The notes under the pieces are model-generated. The model was not told where the DNA came from and did no database searches. It was given only the letters and a program-made list of their open reading frames with translations. From the NCBI RefSeq assembly GCF_009914755.1, contig NC_060932.1: a stretch of DNA of 64,000 nt; one strand, written 5' to 3'. The stretch comes from the human T2T-CHM13v2.0 reference genome, Homo sapiens. Shown here in pieces: positions 29,033 through 43,412 of the stretch. Position numbers and translations under genes: made by a program. Position 1 is the stretch's first letter, and each line of letters begins with the position of its first letter.

Positions 29033-29338
29033 GGCTGGGCATGGTGGCTCAATGCCTGTAATCCCAGCACTTTGGGAGGCCAAGGTGGGAGGATTGCTTG
29101 AGGTCAGGAGTTCAAGACCTGATATAGTGAGACCCTATCTCTAGAAACACTTTGAAAATTAGCCAGGCATGGTAGCACATGCCAGCACATGCCTGTAGTC
29201 ACAGCTACTTGGGAGGTGGGAGGATCGCTTAAGCCCAGGAGTTTGAGGTTAGGATAAGCTATGACTGTGCCACAGCACTCCAGCCCAGGTGACAGAGCAA
29301 GACCCTGTCTCAAAACAAATTAAGTAAATAAAAATAAA
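29033..29338 (+). mobile_element. AluJ inserted at the L1 poly(A) tail
   Basis: Dimeric Alu directly after the L1 tail. Confidence 0.9.
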
Positions 29339-30696
29339 TCAGTAGTTAAAATTCTATGAAACTGGCCAACACTACAAGGGCAGTCAATGAAGTCTTGCTG
29401 CCTCAACCAATTTATAAATGTGTTAGTTCCTCAATATACACATACATAGCCACACAGTTTAATTGTCCATAACTAAAGTTGGTAAAACTGTCTTGCAATG
29501 ATGCATGCCTGAGGGAAAAAAGCAACTTAATTGCTTTGTTAATCAGCAATGAATTTTGTTTTAACAAAGGTAACAAATATTACTCATGACTGCTCTTATT
29601 TAGTACTTAAAATATTACTGTCTTGTTTATACTCTTTTAATGAGTGAATTCTAAATTTTAGTGTAACAAAATATAACGGATAAGCTATATAATCTTCCAT
29701 AATATTGGAAGATACAAAAGGAACAAAAGAAAGACCTTAGGATGAATTTTCCAATGCTCAAATGCATTCCATTTAATAATACATGTTCAAAACCATGTTG
29801 TCTACTCAATGTATTTTGTGCAAATGCCATATTCCATACAAAAACTTTTTCAATACACATCTCTTTTTATCTAAGACAACTTCTGAATATAACTAATTAA
29901 AAAGCTCTGAGGATTCTTTTCTCCTAAAAACAAACTTTTTAAACTTTTAAAAAATGCTGCTAGGATTTGATGTATTTTTAAAATTTGTTATCTGTACTAC
30001 AGAACTCGATAATATACCTAATACTTCCATGAGCTGATATTACATGCGTAAGGAATTATTCAGCCAACCAACCACTTCTAAATTATTTATCTGTTTTGAC
30101 AAATGAATGACATTAAAGTCCTCATAGTTTTAAAATTCAAAATATCTGGATTATTTAAATTAACCACAATAAGCAATCACTTTCAGCATCTTGAAAATTA
30201 AACAGGAAGCAAAACAAAACAATAAACCCTAAGGCAGTCCTTTGAGGCCTGTAGAAAATCAAAGCTTCTCTTACTAAGTGGCTTTCATAAGTCAACTTTG
30301 AAGTTTTCAGAAAATTCAAAAGAATTCTATAAATTATTACCCTCAAAATTTAAAACATAAAAATATTGCCTTTTGTTCCCTCTAATGTTTATACCAATGC
30401 AAATTAAATTACTTTTATGTTAAAATGCTTTTGGTTTAATACTGCATTAAATACTTCAGCTTCCTTCTCTGGTTCTACATCTACAAACACATTTTTCATT
30501 TGGTCATCCCAATACTAAGCTAACATACTTGCCACAGATTGTCACATGCTGAATTAATGCCAAGCAGAGACATTCTAGAATGCACTAGATATTGCAGGAG
30601 TGCCAGAATACACATTATAATATTACTACATTACCTTTTTTTTTTTTAAAAAGGACTTCTCCCTAGCCCAAACTTACACACTTTTCTTCTTTTGCA

Positions 30697-30699
<3 letters not shown>

Positions 30700-30748
<49 letters not shown>
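30700..30748. repeat. (CA)~24 perfect microsatellite
   Basis: Read directly. Confidence 0.97.
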
Positions 30749-30749
<1 letters not shown>

Positions 30750-31440
30750 CCCTACATGGTTAGAAAATCTCTCCTGGAATTTTTTTTTTACCCAAGCTGC
30801 AAAATTTATGTAAGGTAGATTCCAAATATGCTGTTTAACACATACAAAATATAAATGATACCACTAGATAGAGTACATGAAGATAGTATTTCAGAAATAA
30901 TAGCCTATAAGCCATTAACCATTAACTTATATTCTATTTCACTACAGGCACTAAACAGGAAAGATAAATATTTAGTATCCTCCTATGGTCAATAAATTTG
31001 AATTATTTCAACAGTCATTGCAAATACATTAGCAAGTGCCTAAAGTTGTAACTCCATAGGTTAGTAAAAAGTTTCAAGGGACAAAGTCAATAGTAGAACT
31101 GAAGTTTATTCGAAGCCTTGGATCAAATATCCCTTTAAAAACTTGCATTCTAATAAATGAAATCAGTGTAAAATTTCTACTTATGCCTTTTCAGGTTCTT
31201 AAGTTCCATTCTGTCATACATAATATCCTTCCTAGAAGGTCACAAAAAACTAAAATAATATATGAACCTTTCCACACCAGTACCATTTCAAAGTTGATCC
31301 AAAAAAATCAAATAATCAGTGATTATTTATAGCACTTTAAAATGGGTGACCAACTTGAAATTCTAAGAACAAAAGATCCCTACTTTCTCTTTCATTAAGG
31401 ATCTAGTATCACTTGAAGCTTTCATTCTAATTCAGAGTTA

Positions 31441-31842
<402 letters not shown>

Positions 31843-31900
31843 TTAGAACCTGGGACACTCTTGTGAACAATGTCATAAATGATTATAAGGTTACCCCAGA

Positions 31901-32011
31901 CCAGCAACAAAAGCCTTTTTAATCTATATATTCTAGGACCAGCAACAAAAGCCTTTTTAATCTATGTATTCTATGGCCAGCAACAAAAGCCTTTTAAACC
32001 CGTGTATTCTA
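31901..32011. repeat. 38-bp minisatellite, ~3 copies
   Basis: ccagcaacaaaagcctttt...tattcta units start at 31901, 31939 and 31977. Confidence 0.9.
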
Positions 32012-35000
32012 ACTGTATAGCACTACAGTATACTTACAGTTCTACAAGGACTAACTGGCATGAGCACAAACATTTCAGTGAGAAAACTCAGAATTCCAAT
32101 TAGGGGGCATCAGGAATCCATCGACTCTCTACCTTGCTGCAGTGAGGCAGTGCCTCCCACTGAATGAGGTGGAGAGGTGGGAAAGGTTTGAGAATGGCTG
32201 AAGACCAGATGGGGACTGGAAGTTTGAGGGTAGGTACTAAGCTTGAGAGAAGATAGACATGGGTAAGGAACAGAGTGTGCGGGGCGGCAGCCCACAGAGC
32301 TATAACAGCAAGCAGTTCTCAGCCCAAGCCAGCCTTCTGCCTCTCTTTCAATTCACCTCATTTGCTACCTCTGCCCACCTCATCTGCTCCTCCTCTGGTC
32401 CGCTACAAAATAGAACACAGCCTCTCTTATGTCTCCATTAATAACAAACTCTCTAGATTTCTAAGGATTTTAGCTGCAAACAGCGGCAGTATTAAATGGG
32501 CCCTCTTATGCACTGATTAATGGTGAGCTGTTTCTGGAGGAAAATGAGACTCTATTCTGTGAAGTGGATGAAAGATAGATGGCTTCTCTGGACTAGGGCA
32601 GGGATAAAAGCAGGACTGGGGGGAGTAAAGTTCCATGAGCAGGAGAGAGAGTGCTCCAGCTACAGTAAATGTCTCACAACATCAGTCAGGATTATGTAAA
32701 TCAAGGCCTGCTTATTAACAAAACTTCAAGCACTCAAAAGACAAGAGTTCTAAACTGTATTTTTAAAAAATAATAAACACTTAAGTGTCTCAAGAAGACA
32801 ATTTATTTAATGTAAAATGTGCCTCAAGTGGTGGTCATGTTAACATACTCTCTTCAAGTGTTGACGCCCAAACTGCAGTTCTGTAGTAAATTACAATGGC
32901 CAAGATAATCTAAGAGTAATTTAATGTCCAAATTCCTCAATCACGCCTGGAAACATTTAAGCCTGTCATGCTATGTATGTTAATAGTTAGGAATGAGGGC
33001 CTGTATATTAACCACATCTGAAAAGTTAAATTATCCTTCATACAACTCCAAAGGATCACAAATAATGCAATATGGTTACTCCCCAGGGGTAAACAGGCAA
33101 TGTGTGACATATGGGACTCTAGGGGTAAACAATCATGCCAAAGACATTCACAGGCAGTTTTCTCAAATAATTTGTAAACATATCATGCAGGATTCATAAA
33201 GTTTTTCTCTGCTCAGAGTTGTCTTCAAATTTAGAAATGTATTTTTTCAGCCAGATAAAAGTTCAAAGCATTTTCAGAGACATGTAATTTTTTCCCACAG
33301 GATTAACAGCACATCCACTCAACAACTGACCCAATATGTACTATCTTCTCTCTTCACAAGGGGTCTGAGGGATTACAAAAACAACAGCAGCAGTTAGTAA
33401 TGAAACCTTGACTTTTAGAAGTACATATAATGCTTGGACCCATTCCAAGTACCTTGTAAAATCCTATTAAAATGATGAATCATTCATAATTTAGATTTGT
33501 TTTAGCCATAAAATCCTAAATGCTGCACAAGCACTAAATACTTCTCATCAACTTATTGTGCTTAGTATTTTTCTGCTACTGTTGCTCTGCAAATCACAGA
33601 TTTTTTTTAATCGGACATGATCTGAAAGAGCATCTAGTCCAACACCCTCAAAAATGTTTAAGTAATTTAGGCAAAATGATGCCAAGTGATTTGCCTAAAA
33701 TCAAATAATGCCCAAAGGATACAGGAAAACATGATTTAAGTTCAGGCGGTCAGCTAGCAGAAGCAGAGCTGAGGCTAGAAGGCAGCTAGAACCAGGGTCC
33801 CATGTCCAACAATCCTCCCAGCACACCAAACAGGAACTCCCACTCCAGCCCCAATACTTGCCTCCAAACACAATGAATGGTTGTGATTGTTGTAGTCTCA
33901 CGAAATGACCTTTCCAGGCCTTGTCAGGGAGCTGTCTTTACTAAGTGGAATTAAAATCTATAGTATTGTATATAAAATATCCTAATCAAGAAATAATCAA
34001 CTTGCTTGTGTTCACAAACAGTACTTGAATTTCTCAGGATGTTTTGAAGTGTACAGAAATCTACAGACAAAATCCTAACTCTAAGCATTTAATAAGAAAA
34101 TGTTTTATCAAGAGTAGAATAATTTCACGTGTATCTCCTTCTTTGAAGCCACAAAGACAGTGCTCTTCTAGCCCTCGTCCTGGCCAAGCCACCGAACCTG
34201 CTATCCTGACCTATGCAATGGCTTTTAATAACTGTTTGCAGCCACTGGGTGTAAATATCAAACTGCTTGCTAAACATTTATTACTTCTCTTTTTCACAAT
34301 ATCCCTATTGACAGAGATAAGCAAAGGGATTCAGATTAAGGCCTGTAGCTGCACTGAGCTCAGTAATTTTTTTAGATAGCTGAAGCTTAAACTTTTCATT
34401 ATTATTGAAATGACTATCAATCTGAACTTGAGTTGCCTGCCTTTTTCCTTTAAAAAGATAAACACTGTCATAAGAAACTATTTTACAAAACAAAGAACAT
34501 CATTTATCACACATATCCAAAAGTGGAGTGGATGCTCAATGAGGCAGCTTCTGAGTGTACATTATTCGCCAATGCATTGCTGGTTCTCAGCCTAGTGCCT
34601 ACCTCATATTACCGAAAATACCAGTGGAAGGGAGGCAGGGAGGAAAGAGTAGAAGTTAGAGAACCAAGATGTAGCTAACAAGTACTCAAGCTGTTAGGTT
34701 GCAGAGAAACCTAACTTTTGTAAATGACAGAATTACTGCTTAATGTAATTTCCATATGCATCTGTTCCCTGTATTCCTGAATCTTTTATTATGAGGACAT
34801 TTCATCAGTTCAGTTTGCTGACAGGCTAATGGACAGGTTAATCATGACTTTTCAACTACAAAGGCATCATTTTAATAATTGACAATATCATCAATGTAAA
34901 ATATAATGGCAGATTCACATTAAATTGGCCTATAACAGTTTTCTTTAATGTGAACAAAATTCAATCTCTTCTCTTTTAATCATCTTCATTCTATGGATTA

Positions 35001-35077
35001 AGGAACAAACTACGATAGTGGGATTTACTTCTTAAATTTATCCACGTTGAATTTACACACATGTACTTTTATCTTAC

Positions 35078-35592
35078 TAGCCTGGGCAACGTGGCGAAAC
35101 CCTGTCTTCACTAAAAATACAAAAAAATCGGCTGGGCACGGTGGCTCACACCTGTAATACTAGCACTTTGGGAGGCTGAAGCAGACAGATCACCTGAGAT
35201 CAGGAGTTCGAGACCAGCCGGGCCAACGTGGTGAAACCCTGTCTCTACTAAAAATACAAAAATTAGCCAGGCTTGGTGGCGGGTGCCTATAATTCCAGCT
35301 ACTCGAGAAACTGAGGCAGGAGACTCACTTGAACCCAGGGGGCGGAGGTTGCAGTGAGCCAAGATCGTGCCATTGCACTCTAGCCTGGACGACAGAGCAA
35401 GACTCCATCTTAAAAAAAAAAAGAAAAAAAAAATGAGCTGGGCATGGTGACATATGTCTGCGGTCCCAGCTACTTGGGAGGCTGAGGTAAGAGGATCACT
35501 TGAGCCTGGGAGGTCAAGGCTGCAATCAATGAGCCATGATTGCACCATTGCACTCCAGCTGGGTGACAAAGCGAGACCTTGTCTTAAAAAAA
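35078..35592 (+). mobile_element. AluS (35131-35433) nested in the linker of a 5'-truncated AluJ
   Basis: End of a left arm, then a complete AluS, then a J-type right arm. Confidence 0.88.
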
Positions 35593-35909
35593 TTTTTAGA
35601 TATCCAGAACAAGTGTAGAGGTAGATATAACCTAGCCCCGCTACAGCACAATCAATCAATGCCTCAACTATAATGTCTCTGGTCTCACTTCAAGCAGAAA
35701 CCTTATTATACTGTAAGATAGCACCTGTTAGAAAAGTAACACAAAACACTCCAAGAACAAGACTTGTACACATGCAGCTACATCTCTAAAATAGATAAAT
35801 TTACTGGACTTCTGTATTGTTAATTTGCATTGGAGTAAACTTCTTAAGAAGAGAGTGTAGGAAATTTCACTGAAGGAAATAAAAAACAACTGTAATCATT
35901 TTAATTATT

Positions 35910-36900
35910 TTCAATCAATATTTCTTGTCCATGCTAATTTGCTAAAGCAATAAAAAGGAAAGAGCTGAGTAAAAAATAGTTCCTACCCCCCAGGGGCTTA
36001 TAATCTGAAATATTAAGCAAGTAAACAATTGGCTACAATACAAAGTGAGGTAGGTGCCCTAAAAAGCATAAAGAAAAGTGTTTTGTGGGTCATAAAGCCT
36101 AGCAAAGAATCTAAGAGATTACCCTCGACAAGCTTCCTTTCAACAGGCAGAGATAAGGGAAATGGCATTCCCTGAAGAGCAAACAGCTGAGCAGAAACTT
36201 TAAAAAGTACAATAGAGATAAAACACTTATGCTAGAATACAGGTGCCAGTAAGGTAGTAAGGGAAAGACAAGCCAAGATGGGTATATTTGGGCATTATTA
36301 TGGAAGACCTGGAAAAGCTAAAGAGTTTGTTCTTATTTTAGCAGCTATGAGAACTACGTAATTTGGGGCTAAAGAGTGGTACAAAATTACTGTGTTTAGC
36401 AAATTTAATCTCACCTCAGTGTAACAGATGAACTAGATTCAATCAGACAGGGAGGTGTTACAGTAGTCCAGGTACAAAGCAGTGAGGGTCTGAATAAAGG
36501 TGGTGGCTGAAGGGATGATAAGGGAGGTCATGTATACATATAGGGAGGTTGTAGCAGTAGAATGTACAGCTTTGCAGATGAGCACATGTAAGATAAGAGA
36601 GAAGAGTCTCAGAATGACTGACATTTTGAGCCTGGGTGAGTGGCAGTGCCAATTAATAGAAACCAGGAAATTTGGACAAAGAACTGGTTTGGGTGGAGGG
36701 AAGTAAGGAGTTTCACTTTGGTTGTGCTGCACTGAAGGTGGAAGCAAGGAGATACCCAGGGAGAAATGTCAAGCCAGCAGTTAAAGCTTAGAAGAAAGGT
36801 CAGGTTAAGGTTATAAATTTGGGAGCTATGTAAATAAGAGAAGGCAAAAGCTTGGATTGCATAAGATCACTAAATTAAAAGGGCATACTGGCATAGAAGA
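35910..36900 (-). mobile_element. L2 LINE fragment(s)
   Basis: gtgttacagtagtccaggtacaaagcagtgagggtctgaataaagg and gagcctgggtgagtgg resemble the L2 3' region. Confidence 0.65.
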
Positions 36901-37164
36901 GAGGGAAAAAATTGAAAATGTGGGGGGCATGGCAGTGGGGGATGGGAGGGAAAAGGGGAAGGAAAGTTAGCAATGGACACAGAGAAGACTGGCCAGAAAC
37001 AGAAGAATTAAAGTCAAGGTTATTCAGTTCACTGGAAGTTCACTGGAGCCTGTTACCTGTGAGTATTATATTTGAGGTAAAATGACGAGTAACAGTATAG
37101 TCCCTACTATTAAAATGTGACGTCAAGAAAATCAAGCAAAAACAAACAAAAACATACACACATG

Positions 37165-37500
37165 AAAAATGACATCATTACACCCATAGATACAGAGCTG
37201 TCACAATAAAAAAAAATTATGAACAACTTTATGCCAATATTTGAAAATTTATATATGGGTAATATTCTAGAGAAACAGACATTATCAAATTTACATATGG
37301 GTAATATTCTAAAGAAATGTATGTTACCAAAATTATCTCAAGTTAAATTTAAAAATCTATGAATTTTTACCTGAGATCCCCTAACAAATAAAAAAAGCAA
37401 AACTGTATAATCATGTCAATAGATGCAAACTAGAGAAGAAAAAAACTATTAGCAAACTCCGTATAGAAGGAAGCTTCTTCCTTCACCTGATAAAAAGTAT
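37165..37500 (+). mobile_element. Old L1M ORF2 fragment
   Basis: ttatgaacaactttatgccaata and ataatcatgtcaatagatgca resemble degenerate ORF2 (YEQLYAN; IIxSIDA). Confidence 0.6.
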
Positions 37501-38782
37501 TGATAACCCCACTATACATTTTGAGTGGTCTCCAGTCACAACCAACTATACTTCACTAGTTTTAACTCCTAAGCTTTCCATAAATCCTAGATTCTGTCTG
37601 ACACTAAATGAAGATCTTCATGTCATTTTTTCAAATAGGAAAAAATATGTTCTAAATATCTCAGATTTTCTTTACTATTCTATTATGTATGTATCATCTG
37701 TGAATCTAATTTTCATAAAAAATTTGTTCAGTCTATATCCCATCTTATGGTACTAATTTCCACTAACTTACTCTCTAATATTATATAGATAATTAAGATA
37801 TTTATCTTAAACTGACTTTTATAAAATTCCTAGAAGCACCCATACTCTGCCCACAATTCCAGCATGATGGAATTTGAGTAATTCATCCAAGGTCCCATTT
37901 TAGAACCTCAATTACATCTTCCTCCTCCACTTCCTCCTTAGTATTAAAAGCCCCAAGGAATAAATATTTATTAGTATACTGTTACGTAGCCAGACACTTC
38001 ATTATTTTTATTTAACAGAACATATAGTATTTATCTTGGGTGTGTATAAGGTATGATTTTGAATAATGGCAAGATAACTTACTATTCCCATACTCTCAAA
38101 AAATGTCTAGCATACTGTGGATCTTCTTAGCACAGTATCCATAATCATCTATGATAGCTTATAGATTCTTTTCCTGACTTTAACTAAATTCAAGACTCCT
38201 CAGTTAATAATTATAATTCATGTGATTTTTTCCCCCAAATATACCACTGAAAACTATCTCACATGAGTTCACTCAGTTTTTTGCTCACTCATTATCTGCA
38301 GTTAGGTTTTTTTCCTGGGATATTTCACTATCCAAAAGAGCTAAAAATTGACTACATACACCTTCTTTTACACCATTTATTAAAATGTGAAATTAAATTG
38401 GCCCCAACTTGGGGACCCACATAATACACTTTTTCCTCTAAAGAGTGACAGTTCACAACTGATGTTTACTTACTAAATCAATGTGATTCCATGAATAAAC
38501 ATTTCTCCTCCATCCTATGGTAACACAAAAGATTTTATTCCTTTCAGATTAGAACCTTGAAAGATTTTGTAAAGTTTACATAAATTATTTTCACTGTTTC
38601 TCTTCAACATACTCCATAATCCCCTAAATAACTCCAGTATACCAATCATTCAGGTTTTTGGTTTACAAAACCAAATTCAATAATTTGTTTTATTCTAAAC
38701 TCCTGAGTGTTAAAAATATAGCAAGACAAGCTGACCCATAGTTATCTGTAAGTCCTCTACAAACGTTCTTATAATGGGACAT

Positions 38783-39150
38783 CGTCTTAGTCCATTTTGT
38801 GTTGCTATAACAAAATACCACAGACTCAGTAATTTATAAAGCAATTTGTTTTTCACAGTTCTGGAAGCAGGGAAGTCCAATATCAAGATGCTTGGCAACT
38901 GATGATGGCCTCTGTGCCATGGCAGCAGGTGGAAGGACAAGAGAGCATGAGAGAGCAAGAGACAGCTAAACTCACTTTTGTAAGTACCCATTGTTGCAAT
39001 AACAAACCCACTCCCACAATAATGACATTAATCCAGTCATGAGAGCAGAGCCCTCACGGCTTAATCACCTCTTCATGATCCCTCTTAATACTGTCACAAT
39101 GGCAATTAAATTTCAACCTGAGTTTTAGAGAGGGCATTGAAACCACGGTA
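38783..39150 (-). mobile_element. MaLR solo LTR (MST/MLT1A-like)
   Basis: gtcttagtccattttgtgttgctataacaaaatacc...cacagttctggaagcagggaagtccaa...aatggcaattaaatttcaacctgagtttt. Confidence 0.85.
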
Positions 39151-39510
39151 AACATATACCGACAACCTACCTTTATATGAACATGATTGATATGAAGAGT
39201 AATAGGTTATACATTTTAGCCAACAGCTCCATAACTCTACCTATTAATTCTCTGAAAACTCTTGAGTGAACACCATTTTATCAACTGATTGTACTTGTTT
39301 GCTAATTAAACCCAGGATATTCTATTCTTTAAAGTTTTGTCTGCTTCTAATTCTAAAAGAAAATTTCTATAAAGATTCCATCTAAACATATCCCTATTTT
39401 TTCATCCCTGAGTATATAATTTACACATGAATATCAACCAATTTCAATAATTACTAATGAATCTTTATCTAGGTTTCTTGACTTGAGAGCATTTATTTGG
39501 GTTCACCTTT

Positions 39511-39807
39511 TCTTTTTTTCCTTTTTTTTTTTTTTTTAAAGTCTTGCTCTGTCACCCAGGCTGAAGTACAAGCAAGATCGTAGCTCACTGCAAGCTCAAA
39601 CTCCTAGGCTCCAGCAATCCCCCTACCTCAGCCTCCAGAGTAGCTAGGACTATAGGCACACACCACCACCCCGGCTAATTTTTTTTTTTTTTTTTTTTTT
39701 AAGTAGAGATAAAGTCTCACTATTTTGTCCAGGCTGTTCTCAAACTCCTGGCTCAAGCCTCATCCTCCCAAAGTGCTAGGACTACAGGTGTGAGCCACCA
39801 CACCCAG
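39511..39807 (-). mobile_element. AluJ
   Basis: Reverse-complement dimer with expanded T linker; g(g/a)gttcac TSD. Confidence 0.9.
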
Positions 39808-40089
39808 TGTGAGTTCACTTTTAATCTTTACAAGCAACTAACTCTGGTTTTGGCTCATTTAATTTCTAGTTTACATCTTGCATATTATGCTAACTGGGCA
39901 ATTTTTTTTTTAAAAAAGGAAGCAATCTTTTACAATTATGCTTTTTTTCAATTTTTCAAAAGGTCACAAGGAATTTCTACCCATGCATGTGATTTAATTA
40001 CTCTTACACTTCATACTTTTTCCTGGATACTCAAAACAGTGTTTTAAAATATATACTAGTATTCAATTATGTTTCATACCCTTTTAATT

Positions 40090-40320
40090 AACTGTTTATT
40101 AAGCATCTACTATGTTCCAGGCAAAGTATTAGATGTTTAGAATTGATCCCTCTCTTAATCGTTAGGTAAGTGCTATTATGTCGTCTTTTTTAAATGAGGA
40201 ATTTGAAGCTCAGAGTGCTGAAAAAAATTGCCCAATGTCCAGAAGTTTATATGGGTCAAGAGACAAAATTGGAACGCAGTTCTTTCTGACTCTAAAAATC
40301 AGGCTCTTCCATCATGCACA
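40090..40320 (-). mobile_element. MIR SINE
   Basis: tttattaagcatctactatgttccaggc...aaatgaggaatttgaagctcagag. Confidence 0.65.
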
Positions 40321-41177
40321 CTGATATAAAGCTAAGTCCCCACAGACCCAAGAAGGTCACAGGCATATAACAAGATAATTCCAGCACAACAGTTAAAGTT
40401 CTACCAATTTTCCTAATGCCATTTTGTGTTAGAAAACTTTTCTGAAATTACTTGTGCAATTTTTTCCTATATAAGTTTAAATTAAATTTAGTGCAGTTGA
40501 ACATTCATTGACTGCCTATTATCTTGAATGTTCTATGAGCTGTGCTAAGTGCTCATAGTAAACACCATGTAGTTAAGAAATACATTTCACACCATGAACC
40601 AATACATACAACAACTGCAACAAACAAGTAATTACCGTTACTGCATGTAACATACTGTCATCTTTTCTATTCTCTTCTATTACAGTTTTCTTAACACTGG
40701 TCGTGATCCACTAAATTAATTTTACAACCCACTTACAGGTCACACTCTCCAATTTGCCAAACATTGTCCTAAATAAAACAGGTTGACCAGCTGAAATCTT
40801 GACTTTGTTTCTGATTCAATCTGGCCATCCTGGCAGCAGATAACACCCATAAGAGCTTATTTTGCTACTACCTTAGTAGTAGCATAACATACAGTGCCTC
40901 AATCCACCCTATGCTTTAGTACATTCTCATATTTAATGCTGAATTACTTGTGAGAGCTTCAAATTTTTCCTAATTTGAAAATATTAGGTTGTTAGAGCCA
41001 AACTATTAATGCAAACTCAAGTTTTACTTTAAAAACATTTCTTTTTAAAAAAGTAACTACTGCAATCTAGCTTAAAGTCATAGCACAGTGACAGTCTATC
41101 ACCATTAAAGAAACCTCTTTAGGAAAACCAACCACCTTAAGATATTTGAAGAAACCTAAACCATCCGTAAACATGTG

Positions 41178-41341
41178 TTTGTTTTTGTTTTTTTGAGACA
41201 AGGCCTCCCTCTGTCACCCAGGCTGAAGTGCAGTGGCACAATCACAGCTCAATGAAGGCTCAACTTCCCAGGCTCAAATGATCTTCCCACCTCAGCCTCC
41301 CAAAGTGTTGGGATTAAAGGGGGGTGCCACCATGCCTGGCC
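41178..41341 (-). mobile_element. Alu monomer (FRAM-like or arm-recombined)
   Basis: About 150-bp reverse-complement monomer. Confidence 0.88.
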
Positions 41342-43412
41342 AAACATTATGTTTATAAGCCAACTTTTTCTCCAAAAAAAAGTTTTTATCTGGTAAATCT
41401 TTTTTAGCATACTAGATGGAAAGACAGAAGAGACCTTAGAAATCAAAATGATCATATAAACTCATTTCAAAAATGAAAAAAACTAAAGGTTTAGAAAGTT
41501 AAGTGATTTGGCCAAAGTCATACACATCTTTAATGGTAAAACTTGGACTAGAACCTTGTTACTTATCTGTCAGCAGTTCAGTCTCTTTCCACTATGTGAC
41601 ACATTGTCCATACCTTCCAAATATCAATACCAATAACAATGGCCAACCCTGATAATCTCCCATATCTAAGTTCTAAGGTAATTATGGTTTGGCCTATACG
41701 ATTTAAGTACGCTTGATTATGTAAGCTTGCGCAGTGTCCTAGAATTGTTTGCTGGATATACATTTTAACTCCCCATTAAGACCTTTAGATATGTCTTATA
41801 AATACACTGACCCTTATAAATGGTTAAATATGGTAATATAATTTACCCAATAAAACTACTTGAAAATCAGTTCCATTTTTAATCTCCCTAATTGCATGCA
41901 ATGAATGCCAAAACCTTAGCTCTGGAATCCATCAGAGTTGTAACTATCAAATGAAACCATTTCTCCTTTAAAAAAAGGAACTACTCTCTTTATTTGCACA
42001 ATCTACCTTCTCCCAAGGGTATGACCAAGAAGGTTTCAGTTGTAATTCCAAACCCATTACAGAGCATCACCAATAATATGAAAATGTATGTCATTCTTAT
42101 CTTTTCTTATATCGTTAGGGCATTGTTTGAACTGTTTTTATAAAAGTGATTTAAACAGTTATTTTTAAAAATCACCACTATGTAACCATGTGATCTTTTG
42201 AAATACCAAATCATAAATCTGACTGAACTTTATAACGATTTATTTTGATGTTTTGTTGATGTGGCTTAAGTTATCTCAGAGGAAAAATTCATACTCAACT
42301 ACAAATCAATGAAAAGTCTGCACCTTCTCACATGATTCCCCCGAAGATAGTTCTAAGGTAGATTTCAGGAGTATGCACTCTTCTACTTTAAGGCAGTAGC
42401 AAACATTCTCTAGAAAACATATGCTTTGAAAATGTGCTTTCTTAACACAGAATAACTATTCTACAGTCTGAAACTCATACAAAAATTTGAAACATAGGCC
42501 TAACCCAATGGGCCAGGGACTAGAGAAACCTGGCCCTTCATCTCTGAAGAAATTTAACAATATGTTTCTAATCTCCAAGTCTCTTGACAATGGTATCTAC
42601 TAGGAAAATACTCGTATCTCTTAGATGAACTAATATTAAGAGTTTAATATTAATGATACTTAAGCTCTACTTAATGCTAAGGAATTCTATGAAAAATATG
42701 TTTGCATAATAACAATCTTGAAAAAATGGCAGAACTTCACTTAAGCAAGACTGGGAAAAGACATTTATTCTTATATGGCATAAACTGTGAAAAAGCTGAT
42801 AGTTTATTATTCTCTGAGATGTGAACAGTACCAATATAATGAATTTATTTATGGGAAAAATTAAGATGATCAAAGCCTACAGTAATTAAAGGTGTTTTGG
42901 CACAGATGTTGGTCCTCGAATGTTTGCTTTGTCAGCTGTCTAATCCATTTTGACACTGCAGTAATTAGCACACTCTGTATAATATTTTAAACGCAAATTC
43001 AACCAAACCAAGCTATTATATATGGCGAAATGAATGCTGATCAAGTTATCAATTGTACTTCTATCTCTATTACTATGTTGACCATATGTGTGGCACATGG
43101 CCAGATCAGCCATGCTCAGTATGAAGAACACAGAAGAACATTCAAAACCAGAAGACAGTGCTGACCTAAGTTAATAAAAACACACAAACATCCACCTGAA
43201 GGGGAACAGATTCTGACTCTGAAACAAAGGAAGCACAGTTACGAGTCCTTCAAGCCAGAATATCTCGCAAACACCTTCTAAGACAGATTTCCACTCTTTA
43301 CTTTGATATTGAGCCTACATGTGCCAGACACTATTCTAGGCACTGAAGATACAGTGTGATCAATAAAATGAGGGGGTGAGAACTATCCTCAGGGAACCTG
43401 TATTCTCTTAGA

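Noticed and set aside
31901-32011. CRISPR-like regular repeats
   Set aside because: Head-to-tail units with no unique spacers, in a eukaryotic context; this is a minisatellite.
40863-40884. Perfect 9-bp hairpin tgctactac-ctta-gtagtagca
   Set aside because: Too short for a pre-miRNA and plausible by chance in 64 kb.
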